This document shows, piece after piece, positions 16,497-25,972 of a stretch of 64,000 bases of DNA. The stretch is from the IMG/VR virus record IMGVR_UViG_3300021961_000019; one strand, given 5' to 3'. The stretch is from a virus. A model generated the notes under the pieces. The model was given only the letters and a program-made list of their open reading frames with translations, searched no databases and was not told the DNA's origin. Within the stretch, counting starts at the first letter, position 1, and every line of letters starts with the position of its first letter. A program made the position numbers and the translations under genes.

Positions 16497-16900
16497 TCTG
16501 GTTCTAAACCATAAATCTTCTCTAGAATTTCCTTTGCTTCAGTAATACTAGAGATATATCCCTGTTCTCTGGTGAGAGTGGTTTGATTGGGATGTTGATC
16601 CGGATTAAGTGCAAACTGACGGGTATATTGATGGTAGATTTTTATCATCTCCATATCTTTTGTTTCACACATCGTTAAGACATCATTCTTATCAATTACA
16701 AACATATCATTAGTAGTTGTCTTAAGCCAGGGTTCAACTTTATACCCAGAACCAGATCTGCTTTTAAATTCACTAATAACTACTGGACAATGCAGCATAA
16801 TGAGAGTTCTATCTCCCTCTTCTAAAACAGCTGCCTTGCAAAATAATTCTTCACTTGTCTTTAATTTTATTGTTGCATAAAAATCTTCTTCTATACCCAT
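16490..16900 (-). CDS. Conserved T4-like cyanophage protein between uvsW and g55, possible Sm-like fold
   Basis: FYATIKLKTSEELF...VEPW.K...DMFVI...VLTM.E; conserved synteny; fold is inference. Confidence 0.75.
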   Translation of the reverse strand: MGIEEDFYATIKLKTSEELFCKAAVLEEGDRTLIMLHCPVVISEFKSRSGSGYKVEPWLKTTTNDMFVIDKNDVLTMCETKDMEMIKIYHQYTRQFALNPDQHPNQTTLTREQGYISSITEAKEILEKIYGLEPES

Positions 16901-16904
16901 ATTT

Positions 16905-18362
16905 TTATAGATTAACTGTGATTATGTCATAATTAAATTTCTCTTCGTTATAGATCTTGATTCTTTCAATTAGATGATTTAAAGTGAAATTTCGTTTTTG
17001 CTTGTATGTGCAATCATCTGATATATCGTAGAGAATTGCTTTAGTTTTTGTCTTAGACTTTCTAAGAACTCTTCCAATACTTTGGAGATTTCTAATTCTT
17101 GATTTGGATGGAGAAGCAAAGATTACATTATGCAAATTCTTAATGTTAATCCCGGTGCTAAATGTTCCGTAAGATGCAATAATGATTGCACTATCCTCTT
17201 TCTCCGTGATTTCTCTAACTAGCTCACGTTCCTCTGCATCCACACCACCATGAACAAAAAAGATTTTTCTGTTCATATGTTTGCTACTATTTATGAGATC
17301 ATAGAGAACCTGTCCATGAGCAGCAACTCTATTATACAGAACAAGAGTATTTCCCTTTAGATCCAAAGATAGATTGCATATAAACTTATTTCTTTTCTCA
17401 TGAGAGATTAAGTATTGAATTTCATCCTCATAGGTTTCAAATCTCTTTGGGGGATGCTTAAGAACAATGCACTTAATATCTAATTGTGATAGATGTCCTT
17501 GCTCCATCAATTCAGAAGTTCTAGTAACTTTGTATGATGGTCCAAATAATCCCTCTAACACCCATTTATGCGTCTGTGTGCCGTCCAAAGTTCCAGTGAA
17601 CCCAAATCTATACTTGGTGTGATGAAGCTTGGTCATTATGTCGATTAATGACTTACTCTTGAATAGGTGTGCTTCATCTCCAATAACTACATTATAATCT
17701 TCAAAGAATAAACGTTCCAGTTTGTAAATTGACTGCCATGTGGTAATTGTGACCGAATATTCATTTGTCTTTTCTCTTCCCGAATATATGCGATGACAGT
17801 ATGACTCAGCATCCCAACCATAATCAACAAAATCCTTATACATTTGTTCTACAAGACTTGTCGTTGGAACAACTAGAAGAATTTTTTGTCCTTTATCCAC
17901 ATAGTATCTTACAAGGGAATAAATCATCAGAGATTTGCCTGATGCAGTGGGACTTATCAATAGTTTTCGGTTATACTTTAGAGCATCATATACTCCATCA
18001 ACTTGATAATCTCTAGGTGTATGAGTGCATATTGATCTCATATATCCAGACACACCTTCCTTGGTAATATCTTCGTTTGATTCGAAGGGACTACCGTAGA
18101 ATTTATTGTCCTTGAACGTATACTCGTATCCATATTGATGGCAGAACTCAACTACCTTATCTAAAAGTCCAACATAGATTTGTTTAGACCTCGAATCAAA
18201 AAGGTGTATTTCTCCATTCCAGTTTCTTTTTCGATATTGGGGCATAAACTTTGCACCCTCAACCTGAAATGTGAAATGGTCACGCAATTCATATTCTACA
18301 TGCGGTTCAGTCTCTACTTTTAGAAAGACTTCATTCGCCTTACTTATAATAAGTTCTGTCAT
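16905..18362 (-). CDS. uvsW: DNA helicase UvsW
   Basis: PRDYQ, SPTASGKS, GDEAH, GFTGT, QSIGRVLR SF2 motifs. Confidence 0.97.
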   Translation of the reverse strand: MTELIISKANEVFLKVETEPHVEYELRDHFTFQVEGAKFMPQYRKRNWNGEIHLFDSRSKQIYVGLLDKVVEFCHQYGYEYTFKDNKFYGSPFESNEDITKEGVSGYMRSICTHTPRDYQVDGVYDALKYNRKLLISPTASGKSLMIYSLVRYYVDKGQKILLVVPTTSLVEQMYKDFVDYGWDAESYCHRIYSGREKTNEYSVTITTWQSIYKLERLFFEDYNVVIGDEAHLFKSKSLIDIMTKLHHTKYRFGFTGTLDGTQTHKWVLEGLFGPSYKVTRTSELMEQGHLSQLDIKCIVLKHPPKRFETYEDEIQYLISHEKRNKFICNLSLDLKGNTLVLYNRVAAHGQVLYDLINSSKHMNRKIFFVHGGVDAEERELVREITEKEDSAIIIASYGTFSTGINIKNLHNVIFASPSKSRIRNLQSIGRVLRKSKTKTKAILYDISDDCTYKQKRNFTLNHLIERIKIYNEEKFNYDIITVNL

Positions 18363-18389
18363 ATTACCTCAACTCAAGTGAGTTCAATA

Positions 18390-18572
18390 TTATTCCGTGC
18401 GGAATTTGTAATCTAGTATTGGTCTGTATAATTTATTTTTTAGATCGTTAAGATGTTGCTGCTCAAATGGATGTCTAGATGGATATCCTTCCCAAGACTC
18501 TATTCTTCTACAAACACAATCATATAAAAGATGCACATCTTCAATTGATAGATCTAATTTGTAATCGGACAT
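18390..18572 (-). CDS. Small hypothetical protein
   Basis: 60 aa, packed between uvsY and uvsW. Confidence 0.7.
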   Translation of the reverse strand: MSDYKLDLSIEDVHLLYDCVCRRIESWEGYPSRHPFEQQHLNDLKNKLYRPILDYKFRTE

Positions 18573-18573
18573 A

Positions 18574-19017
18574 TTACCCTAAACCTGCTGTGAAACGGAT
18601 GAATTCGATTGCATTCTTGATTTGATATGTCCTGTTCTGAATAACCTTTAAAATACTTTCTATGTAGTTTAGAATCGTATCGTAGTAATCCAATTTGAGA
18701 GAGATTGAAGAAAGTCTCTCATCGGCATCCAAATATTTTTGAAGAGTATCTTTATCGCGGATTTTTTTGGGGAATGGATTCTCTAGGTAAACATCGGGAT
18801 CCGCTTTTCCAGAATAATACTCATAGCGTTCGTGCCTTATATTTCTTCTCTGCTGCTCAGCCTTCTTACGCAAAAGAATGGTTGTGTTATACAACTCAAA
18901 ATATTTTGCATGTAAAACTGGTATATTTAATGACTCTGTGTGTAGATTGTCAATATCAATTTGGGAATCTTTCTCCCACATTTGTTGAATTAATTCAAGA
19001 TTGATCTGGTTCGTCAT
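18574..19017 (-). CDS. uvsY: Recombination mediator UvsY
   Basis: DSQIDIDNLH.ESL.IP.LHAKY, RYEYYSGKA, I.NRTYQIKNAIEF. Confidence 0.92.
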   Translation of the reverse strand: MTNQINLELIQQMWEKDSQIDIDNLHTESLNIPVLHAKYFELYNTTILLRKKAEQQRRNIRHERYEYYSGKADPDVYLENPFPKKIRDKDTLQKYLDADERLSSISLKLDYYDTILNYIESILKVIQNRTYQIKNAIEFIRFTAGLG

Positions 19018-19585
19018 AATGTAATGGTTTGCCTCCCAAAGTTACTATGTCGTAGATAGTATACTTAAATGCCACCTCAGCGGTGATATATTCCAAGTCT
19101 GGATCTGTTGCACTAAAATCCAATGCACTCAGATACGTTGGCCAAAGATCCCTGAACACTACTTTGAATGAAGGATTATTGGAACTCGTAAGAATATTTA
19201 GTGTGCCATCACAGAAGAGATTCAGAAGCGATGGGTGTTCTTGAACATCTAATCCAGGATTGGTAAACTGGCGATCATAGATGTCCATCAAACTATCTGG
19301 ATATCCACATCCACGTATCCAGTGATGGATTTCCATGTAATTCTCAAGGTTTTCATCAACCATGAACCTGACACGGAAATCCTCAAAGGAAACCTTATCT
19401 CCGGGAACATCAATATCCTTTAGTCCGGTTGGTTGTATAGCTGCACCAAGACTGATTCCAGGTATTTGTGCTCCATTCCCAAAGAAAGCAACTTTTGGTG
19501 CTCTATTCAGAATTAATTTAAAACCAACGTTGGAAAGAAAATTCCTGTTGGTAATTTGGTTTTTTAAACCGTTACTGATTGCCAT
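18995..19585 (-). CDS. g3: Tail tube terminator/completion protein gp3
   Basis: NRNFLS..GFK......P.V.FF...A.IPGISLG, VPGDKV.F.D..V.F.VDE.L.NY.EI..W; follows g23. Confidence 0.88.
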   Translation of the reverse strand: MAISNGLKNQITNRNFLSNVGFKLILNRAPKVAFFGNGAQIPGISLGAAIQPTGLKDIDVPGDKVSFEDFRVRFMVDENLENYMEIHHWIRGCGYPDSLMDIYDRQFTNPGLDVQEHPSLLNLFCDGTLNILTSSNNPSFKVVFRDLWPTYLSALDFSATDPDLEYITAEVAFKYTIYDIVTLGGKPLHYDEPDQS

Positions 19586-19609
19586 TTCAAAATTGCCTTT
19601 ATTTATTAT

Positions 19610-19696
19610 TTATCCTGGGTATGCGTGATGAAGACCCCAGTTCACAAAAACAGCAGCAACAGCAAATACAGAAAGAGTTTTAATCAAAAGATTCAT
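19610..19696 (-). CDS. 28-aa single-TM peptide, not in ORF track
   Basis: MNLLIKTLSVFAVAAVFVNWGLHHAYPG*; ATAAATA at 19720-19726. Confidence 0.6.
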   Translation of the reverse strand: MNLLIKTLSVFAVAAVFVNWGLHHAYPG

Positions 19697-19726
19697 ATTC
19701 AATTATTAAATCAACGTAGTATTTAT

Positions 19727-19816
19727 CTACGATTGCCACCCATTCAAAAGACTCCAATGAAGAAAGTAAACTATTGGTGTAAAAATGAGAATAGTCTTGA
19801 GGAAAAGTAGTAACAT
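19727..19816 (-). CDS. 29-aa single-TM peptide, paralog of 19610-19696, not in ORF track
   Basis: MLLLFLKTILIFTPIVYFLHWSLLNGWQS*; TATAAATA at 19860-19867. Confidence 0.55.
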   Translation of the reverse strand: MLLLFLKTILIFTPIVYFLHWSLLNGWQS

Positions 19817-19894
19817 GTTCGGTTATTGCGAATGCATTACTATTTTATAAAAAACTAGGTATTTATACTGTATTTTGTTAGAAAATGGTGACAT

Positions 19895-19919
19895 AAAAAA
19901 AGACCCCCTTGCGGGGGTC
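19895..19919 (-). terminator. g23 terminator (GCAA tetraloop)
   Basis: GACCCCC-GCAA-GGGGGTC-TTTTTTT on the minus strand. Confidence 0.92.
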
Positions 19920-19943
19920 CCAGTTGAACTTTGTGAAAATGGA

Positions 19944-21365
19944 TCACATGAGGTTCTTAACTGCAACGCGACGGTAGTAGCGGTTTGCATTAACCTGAAG
20001 ACGGCCGAGACCAGCGTTAGTGCCTTCTGCAAATGGGTTTGCAACAAGACCATAACGGGTCTTAAAGCCAATCTTGGGCTGGAAGGTGTCCTCACCAACG
20101 GCACGAACCATTTGGAGGGGAACATAAGGACAGTAGAACAGTCCAGCATCATAAGGGGAAGAACCCTTATAACCGATGACGTAATACTGGTTGCCAGAAG
20201 CGGTATTACCAGCAGCAAGGTTTGCCGAATAAGGATCGATGTATACGCGATACTTACCAAGCAGAATACCTGCGAAGGTGTTGCCAGTGTCATCAACGTT
20301 GAGGTTTGCGTTCAGTGCAGGGGTGTAATCAAGAACACCAGCCATGCTCAGAGCAGAAGCAACGTCTGCAGAGCAAAGGATGATGTTGCCCTTTCCACGA
20401 CGAGTGCGCTGTGCAATTCTGTTTGCATCACGCTCAATCTGGAACAGGAGACCCTTGAACTTCTCAACAGACCAACGACCGTTGGAGTCAACGTCGAGGT
20501 CAAATACGCCAGGAGTTGCGGTATTTTCTACAGCACCTTGCTCAGCAACCTTATAGATGGTTCTGATGACTTCACGGTTGATCTCAGCAAGAATCTCTGT
20601 GGAGAGAATGTTTGCGAGTTCCGCTTCAGCATTCAGACCGTGGATTGCCTTCAGGTCTTGTGCAAGCTCAAGGCTGTATTCTGCCTTCAGGGCACGTGAC
20701 TTTGCAGTAACGGTGACTTTCTCAATCGAGAATGCCATCTCGTTGAATGCTGCACCAGCAGTTCCAAGGTTCTCAGAATCGCCAGTAGGCATACCCTGAC
20801 CAACATTGTAGCCGAGGGAGTTTGCAGTTCCAACTGGGTTGAGAACGGATGGGTTGGTGCCAGCCTGGATGGTAGAACCAATACCAGCGTTGTTGTCAGC
20901 GAAGTCTTGGTTGATTGCAGCACCATAAGCAGCGTTCTGACCAGAGAATACTGTATCTGCTTCGTTGAAGAATGCCTCTTGACCAGACTGATTAACGTAG
21001 CGCGAACGCATTGCGAAAATCAGACCAGTAGGACCGGACATTGGCTGCACACCAGCAAGGTCATAAGCGACCAGATTAGGCATGGAGCGACGAATGAGGC
21101 TGATCAGCACAGGGTCGAAACCTGCGGTTGGGCTGCCACTTGTGCCACCGAAAGCACCCTGAGCACCAGCAGCGTTGCCGCTATTGGTTGGAGCTTCCAT
21201 CAGGGACTGCATCGAACCATTGTCGAATGCAGATTGCTCGCGGAGGAATCTTTCTTGGTTTTCGAGCAGGACAGCGGTTACGGCTCTACGATGAGGATCG
21301 GAGATTTCTTCACCATAATTGAGAAGAGGTGCCCACTTTTCCTGCAATTGCTCGGAATGGAACAT
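19944..21365 (-). CDS. g23: Major capsid protein gp23
   Basis: LQEKWAPLL, FDPVLISLIRRSMPNL.AYD..GVQPM.GPTGLIFAMRSRY, KAEYSLELAQDLKAIHG, FQPKIGFKTRYG. Confidence 0.99.
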   Translation of the reverse strand: MFHSEQLQEKWAPLLNYGEEISDPHRRAVTAVLLENQERFLREQSAFDNGSMQSLMEAPTNSGNAAGAQGAFGGTSGSPTAGFDPVLISLIRRSMPNLVAYDLAGVQPMSGPTGLIFAMRSRYVNQSGQEAFFNEADTVFSGQNAAYGAAINQDFADNNAGIGSTIQAGTNPSVLNPVGTANSLGYNVGQGMPTGDSENLGTAGAAFNEMAFSIEKVTVTAKSRALKAEYSLELAQDLKAIHGLNAEAELANILSTEILAEINREVIRTIYKVAEQGAVENTATPGVFDLDVDSNGRWSVEKFKGLLFQIERDANRIAQRTRRGKGNIILCSADVASALSMAGVLDYTPALNANLNVDDTGNTFAGILLGKYRVYIDPYSANLAAGNTASGNQYYVIGYKGSSPYDAGLFYCPYVPLQMVRAVGEDTFQPKIGFKTRYGLVANPFAEGTNAGLGRLQVNANRYYRRVAVKNLM

Positions 21366-21422
21366 TTGCTTTTACCTTTAAAATAGTTGTTTACGTTTGA
21401 ATTTGAATTATATTAAATTCAA

Positions 21423-22559
21423 TTATTTGCTAAATTGTGAAAGTGTCTTCAGATATGCTGCCATCGATCCGGAAACTGATTCCGGTGAGGAATCAACACC
21501 TTCTGACAGAGTTTCAGTTTTAGCGGTTGGAGCTTTGCCGGGAGCAAAATATGCTTCCTTCAGAGTTTCCAACTTTTCACGATATGCTTCTTCACTTTCA
21601 AACTCAACACTTTCGGCAAGTGAAGCGAGCTTGTCTTTCTGTGTGGCCGCAAGACCTTCAGAAATTTCGTCAAGAATGTTGTCTGCAACAGCCTCTGCAA
21701 GACGCTTGTTGAGATTTACATTCTTCTCAATCTGCTCGTTGAGTTTTGTCTCCATGTCATCAAGTTTTTCTACCATGCTCTCAAGAACATCATATTTATC
21801 TTCAGGGATTGCTACATAATGATCTTCAAAAAGTCCTCTTAAGTTATGGAGGAACGATTCAGTAAGTTCGGTCTTAAGACCATGCTCTATTGCTAGGGCA
21901 TTCTCAGTAAACCACTCTTCGCTTACATACTCCAGGTATGAATCTACGCGAAGTGCTAGTGATTCTTTGATAGCTTCGACTTCTTCCAGGAGTTGCTCTT
22001 CGTATTGAACTTGGAGATCTTCCTTGATCTCAGCAACTTTGGAGAGTAGTGCGGACTCAAAGATGGTGCGAGCCTTATCTTGGAATTCCTCAGAAAGATC
22101 TTCGTCAGCAAGAAGTGCATTAACATCTTCTTCGATGTCATACTCTTCCTTACATTCCTTCTCGTCTTCCTCATCCTCATCTTCGTCCTCATCCTCTTCA
22201 TCTGCTTCTTTAGCAGCAGCCTCTAGGAGTTCTTCGTCCTCATCATCCAATTCAAGCTCTTCTTCTTCCTTAACTGCACCACCCTTAAGGTGTGGCATAG
22301 CATCGGCAGCTGCAGCACCCTTATTAACAACATCCTTAACTTGCTTAAGGGTTGCGCCAGGGGTCTTCAGTTTAGCTGAATCGTCGTCAGACTTATAGTT
22401 TTCTGGTGTAGGTCCACCAAGATCTTCCCAATTGCCACTCTGGCCTGGGGTGTCTCCGGATAGAGAAGGCATGGGATCTGCTGCTTTTGCACCAGCATTA
22501 ACAGCGGTTTTTGAGTGCTTTGTGCCTACTTCCATCTCTTGTAAATCTTCACGGGACAT
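21423..22559 (-). CDS. g22: Prohead core scaffold protein gp22
   Basis: Acidic coiled coil; DSYLEY.SEEW..EN.LAIE.G...E..ESF; between g21 and g23; TATAAATA at 22598-22605. Confidence 0.95.
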   Translation of the reverse strand: MSREDLQEMEVGTKHSKTAVNAGAKAADPMPSLSGDTPGQSGNWEDLGGPTPENYKSDDDSAKLKTPGATLKQVKDVVNKGAAAADAMPHLKGGAVKEEEELELDDEDEELLEAAAKEADEEDEDEDEDEEDEKECKEEYDIEEDVNALLADEDLSEEFQDKARTIFESALLSKVAEIKEDLQVQYEEQLLEEVEAIKESLALRVDSYLEYVSEEWFTENALAIEHGLKTELTESFLHNLRGLFEDHYVAIPEDKYDVLESMVEKLDDMETKLNEQIEKNVNLNKRLAEAVADNILDEISEGLAATQKDKLASLAESVEFESEEAYREKLETLKEAYFAPGKAPTAKTETLSEGVDSSPESVSGSMAAYLKTLSQFSK

Positions 22560-22607
22560 TTGAACTCTCCGATTTTTTCCTAGAATTAATCTATATTTAT
22601 TTATAAA

Positions 22608-23258
22608 TTAGAGATTTGCCAGAAAGTCATTAAACAATTGTAGTTTATGCTCCTGCAACCTTTTTTCATCCACCAAAGTATTAATTCTTCTGGTGGTGGT
22701 TTCAGCGAGTTTTTCACGAAGGATTCCACCTTCCCAAACCCACTCTTTACCTTCCATAATTCCCTGAACAAATGCATCAGGTGCAGAAGGATCTGCTACA
22801 ATATCAGCAGCAGTTGCAAGCATAAAGTCTTCACCGACTTCCATCCAACCTTCTTTTGTTTGTCTTACGGATCCAATACCTCTTGACGAAACGCCAAGAG
22901 TTACTCCCTCTTTGAGAAGAGACTCCGCAATTTTGCCCATAGGTGTTGATAAAATTTGTGCCTTTCCAATAAAGTTATTTCCACGTTGTTCTAGGGAAAC
23001 AATCTTATGAGAAACGCGGTCAAGATTAACTGTTGGACCCTCTGGGTGTCCAAGTTCACCTAAAGCACGACCCTTGTTAATATATCCTTCAGTATAACGC
23101 TTGACCTCTCTCTCCATTACATCGCGACGATAGACTCGATTATTACGATTCTTCTGCTCAGTTTGAAGAAATGGTCCGGTAATATAGAGGGTCTTTTTGC
23201 CGTTCACACTTTCAGTAATGACCTTTACTGATTCAATTTCTTCTGTGATGAGTAACAT
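22608..23258 (-). CDS. g21: Prohead protease gp21
   Basis: LITEE, NRNNRVY, RALGELGHP, LGVSSRG.GS, DIVADPSAPDAFV.GIME; start trimmed. Confidence 0.96.
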   Translation of the reverse strand: MLLITEEIESVKVITESVNGKKTLYITGPFLQTEQKNRNNRVYRRDVMEREVKRYTEGYINKGRALGELGHPEGPTVNLDRVSHKIVSLEQRGNNFIGKAQILSTPMGKIAESLLKEGVTLGVSSRGIGSVRQTKEGWMEVGEDFMLATAADIVADPSAPDAFVQGIMEGKEWVWEGGILREKLAETTTRRINTLVDEKRLQEHKLQLFNDFLANL

Positions 23259-23259
23259 C

Positions 23260-23811
23260 TTAGGCGTCTCCTGTAACTTGAACTTGCTGAGCATAAAGAG
23301 TTCCTGATCCAGAACTTGTTCTAGATGAAATCTTGACCGATCTTCTCAGAACACCATCTGGCGCAGTAAAATCATGACCAACTGCTATAGAATTGTATGA
23401 AATTCCAATTCCAGTAGAGAAGGATCCATCATAGGATGCTCTATTGTCCACAGAAATTACTCTTTGGTGAGTAAAGTTCCATGCAGAATCAATTGTGGAT
23501 GTGAACGATACATAATCGCCAACTGCAAATACGGTTCCAGTACCTTCTGCAAAGGTTACTGTAGTAATTGCTCCGGATGAAATACCAGCAACTACCTGTG
23601 TTGCTGTATCAAGTGTCAACGTTGCAGAGGTTCCAGCAGGAATGAGATAATCAGTTACAGCAGCAGTTGGGCTGTAACCAATTGCCACATGTGCATTCTG
23701 CTGATCCGCTACAATACGAATTGATTTTGTTTGTACTGAAATCGGAACAGATAGTGCGGGTGATGTGGTAATCGCAAAAGATGTCCCATTTCCAACTGGT
23801 CTATGCGTCAT
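23260..23811 (-). CDS. Conserved virion-region hypothetical protein upstream of g21
   Basis: Beta-rich, S/T-rich; stop 2 nt from g21 start. Confidence 0.75.
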   Translation of the reverse strand: MTHRPVGNGTSFAITTSPALSVPISVQTKSIRIVADQQNAHVAIGYSPTAAVTDYLIPAGTSATLTLDTATQVVAGISSGAITTVTFAEGTGTVFAVGDYVSFTSTIDSAWNFTHQRVISVDNRASYDGSFSTGIGISYNSIAVGHDFTAPDGVLRRSVKISSRTSSGSGTLYAQQVQVTGDA

Positions 23812-23847
23812 TTTCTTTGGGCGTTTATTTAGTTATTTATTCATTTA

Positions 23848-25056
23848 TTAAGTTAAGTCATAAAATTCCAGAGAACCAATAGCATCTCCTGACCCCGATA
23901 ATGTTCTAATTGCCAGTGTGATAATGTCACTTACCTTTGCCTGAGTTCTTCCGAGCTGAAGATCCCAATTATATTCTTCAGAGGTGGAGACTGCACCACT
24001 TGCTTGATTTGATCCTGCAAGATATTCTCTATGAATGATTTGTCCACCAGAAAGCGCAGTGGATGTTCTATCAAAATAGACGTTTGGTGATGGTGAAGAT
24101 GAAAATGCTGCCCCAGTTAGAGTTGCATTTTTAATCACAGCAATTTCATAATTAATATTGTTACTTAATGGTAATGTTTGATAAGTATGAAGAAGTATAA
24201 TTCCATCTCCTCTTTCTGGTGCCAAACGATATGAAACTAAGGGTTGAAAAGTTAATCCAATTCCAGTCAGAGGTTGTGGTCTTGCAATGGTATTTGGAGC
24301 AACTTTTTTTTCATATCCCCCGTTTGATATGATGGATACACAAACTTGCTTCAACGTTGATGCTGATCCAACATTTCCAGTGTTGATAATTTCATATCTA
24401 ATTGGAAGAGATGCCGTCGTCATGTAAACAGAATTCAACGTATTTGCATGATCAAAACGGTGTGCAATAATAAATGTCCCATCAACTACAACTCCAACTC
24501 TCACCGATCCCGCACCCAACCACTCAAACTCCGAAAATAAAATTTGAATTTTTGATGGATCTAGGATAACTCCACTTGGACCATTTCCATCAAGAGTGTC
24601 GTGGTTCCATTCGGATTGTGGAACTGTGACTACGGTTCCAACACCAGAAATTGCTGTGCGCTTAATAATGTTCAGGTCAGATCCATTCAATTCCAACATC
24701 ACACCATTCTCTGATGATGCATATCCAACTCTCTGTACCAGATTTGGTTTTGGTGCTTCAAAAACAAATGTCTGAAGACATTGTAGAGATTTTCCGGGTT
24801 GATATTTGTATACTCTTTTGCTTTCGCGAATATAACTGCACCCAGATGTACTCCCAATGGTTAATGTTGCCGTACTTTGTGATGTAATAATTCCAGAAGT
24901 TGATCCGGATCCAACAATCACATCATCAAAATCCCCATCCTGAGAATATCTGTGAGACGCATCAAATACTGTATATGGATTTGATACTTTCAATCTTCCA
25001 AATAAATCTCCAGAGAAACCCTTTCCTAGGGGACTCTGATCATATAAGTGTGACAT
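23848..25056 (-). CDS. Putative virion structural protein (beta-rich, possibly lectin-like)
   Basis: DLFGRLKVSNP.T.FD N-terminus; G/S/T-rich; lies in head operon. Confidence 0.7.
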   Translation of the reverse strand: MSHLYDQSPLGKGFSGDLFGRLKVSNPYTVFDASHRYSQDGDFDDVIVGSGSTSGIITSQSTATLTIGSTSGCSYIRESKRVYKYQPGKSLQCLQTFVFEAPKPNLVQRVGYASSENGVMLELNGSDLNIIKRTAISGVGTVVTVPQSEWNHDTLDGNGPSGVILDPSKIQILFSEFEWLGAGSVRVGVVVDGTFIIAHRFDHANTLNSVYMTTASLPIRYEIINTGNVGSASTLKQVCVSIISNGGYEKKVAPNTIARPQPLTGIGLTFQPLVSYRLAPERGDGIILLHTYQTLPLSNNINYEIAVIKNATLTGAAFSSSPSPNVYFDRTSTALSGGQIIHREYLAGSNQASGAVSTSEEYNWDLQLGRTQAKVSDIITLAIRTLSGSGDAIGSLEFYDLT

Positions 25057-25808
25057 TAGACGACCCTCCAGGAATTACCTCTCCAAATAAACGTAAGCGA
25101 TCCATAATCATATGCAAGAATTGCTCTATCTCTACCATCAATCAAATCGGAACCTGATGGGAATATTGTGATGTATCTGTTCGTTCCTTTTGATGCTTCT
25201 CCAAGTTCATCTTTTACGACAAACTTTTTACCTTCCTTTTCAGCATATGGAAGAGTAATTGACACTGCTCCAGCATAATTTACGCCAATGTAATAATCCT
25301 TATGTGACGCAGTATATGTAGAAGATGTCACATAAGTAACTGGCACATCCATATAGGTGAGGTTGGTTTCTCCGCCACCACCTAGTGTTGAGAGTTGCTG
25401 CTGAACTCTTGTTATAAACTTGCTATAATGCTTTTGAAGTTGGTCAAAGGTTACAAAATTTTGATCCAGAGGTGTCAAAGGATCTGAATTTTTTGTGTTG
25501 GATGGTTCCGCCAACAATCCTAATGTTTTTTCAATCAGAGTTTGCTCCTTACTTTCAAGAACCTCTACGACTTCTTGAATGTCTGGATGTGGAGAATATA
25601 GGGGACCTTCATAGTTTCCTGCAAATTCAGTTTCCTCCTTCTTAGGACCCCTCTTCTTCTTACTCTTTTTTACCTCCTCTTTCAGCGGAGAAAGAAAGAA
25701 TTCTTCAAAGGAGTTGGATACAATCTCATCAACCTCCTTCTTTCTCTTCTTCTTTTCTTCGCCAATTTGTTTGAAAAAATCTCCTAGGTCGGAACTATCC
25801 ACATTCAC
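25056..25808 (-). CDS. Hypothetical protein with charged N-terminus and fibre/baseplate-type C-terminal beta domain
   Basis: QQQLSTLGGGGE linker; YYIGV...ITLP...G....VKDE.G.A...ITI...IDG...I...YGSLT..W. Confidence 0.7.
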   Translation of the reverse strand: MNVDSSDLGDFFKQIGEEKKKRKKEVDEIVSNSFEEFFLSPLKEEVKKSKKKRGPKKEETEFAGNYEGPLYSPHPDIQEVVEVLESKEQTLIEKTLGLLAEPSNTKNSDPLTPLDQNFVTFDQLQKHYSKFITRVQQQLSTLGGGGETNLTYMDVPVTYVTSSTYTASHKDYYIGVNYAGAVSITLPYAEKEGKKFVVKDELGEASKGTNRYITIFPSGSDLIDGRDRAILAYDYGSLTFIWRGNSWRVV

Positions 25809-25972
25809 TCCTCATCAGTCACCCCAGGTTGAAACATAGATTGGGCTACAATAGGTTTTGCAACATCAATCCTTTCAGATGCCTTTGCAAAAAGCATATC
25901 CTTGATTTTGTCACTAATATCCGATGGGGAACTATCAGTAACAATCATATCCATAAGATCATCCATTTCCAT
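25805..25972 (-). CDS. Small acidic protein after g20 (gp67-position prohead core candidate), below ORF-track cutoff
   Basis: MEMDDLMDMIVTDSSPSDISDKIKDMLFAKASERIDVAKPIVAQSMFQPGVTDEE* (55 aa). Confidence 0.75.
   Translation of the reverse strand: MEMDDLMDMIVTDSSPSDISDKIKDMLFAKASERIDVAKPIVAQSMFQPGVTDEE

Noticed and set aside
19875-21386. Long + strand ORFs (274 aa, 159 aa) opposite g23
   Set aside because: Antisense shadows of a highly biased capsid gene; no motifs, promoter or RBS.
21403-21422. AT-rich inverted repeat between g22 and g23
   Set aside because: Weak all-AT stem, plausible by chance in an AT-rich spacer.
22024-22398. Poly-Ser + strand ORF / apparent microsatellite
   Set aside because: Reverse complement of the Glu/Asp tract of gp22.
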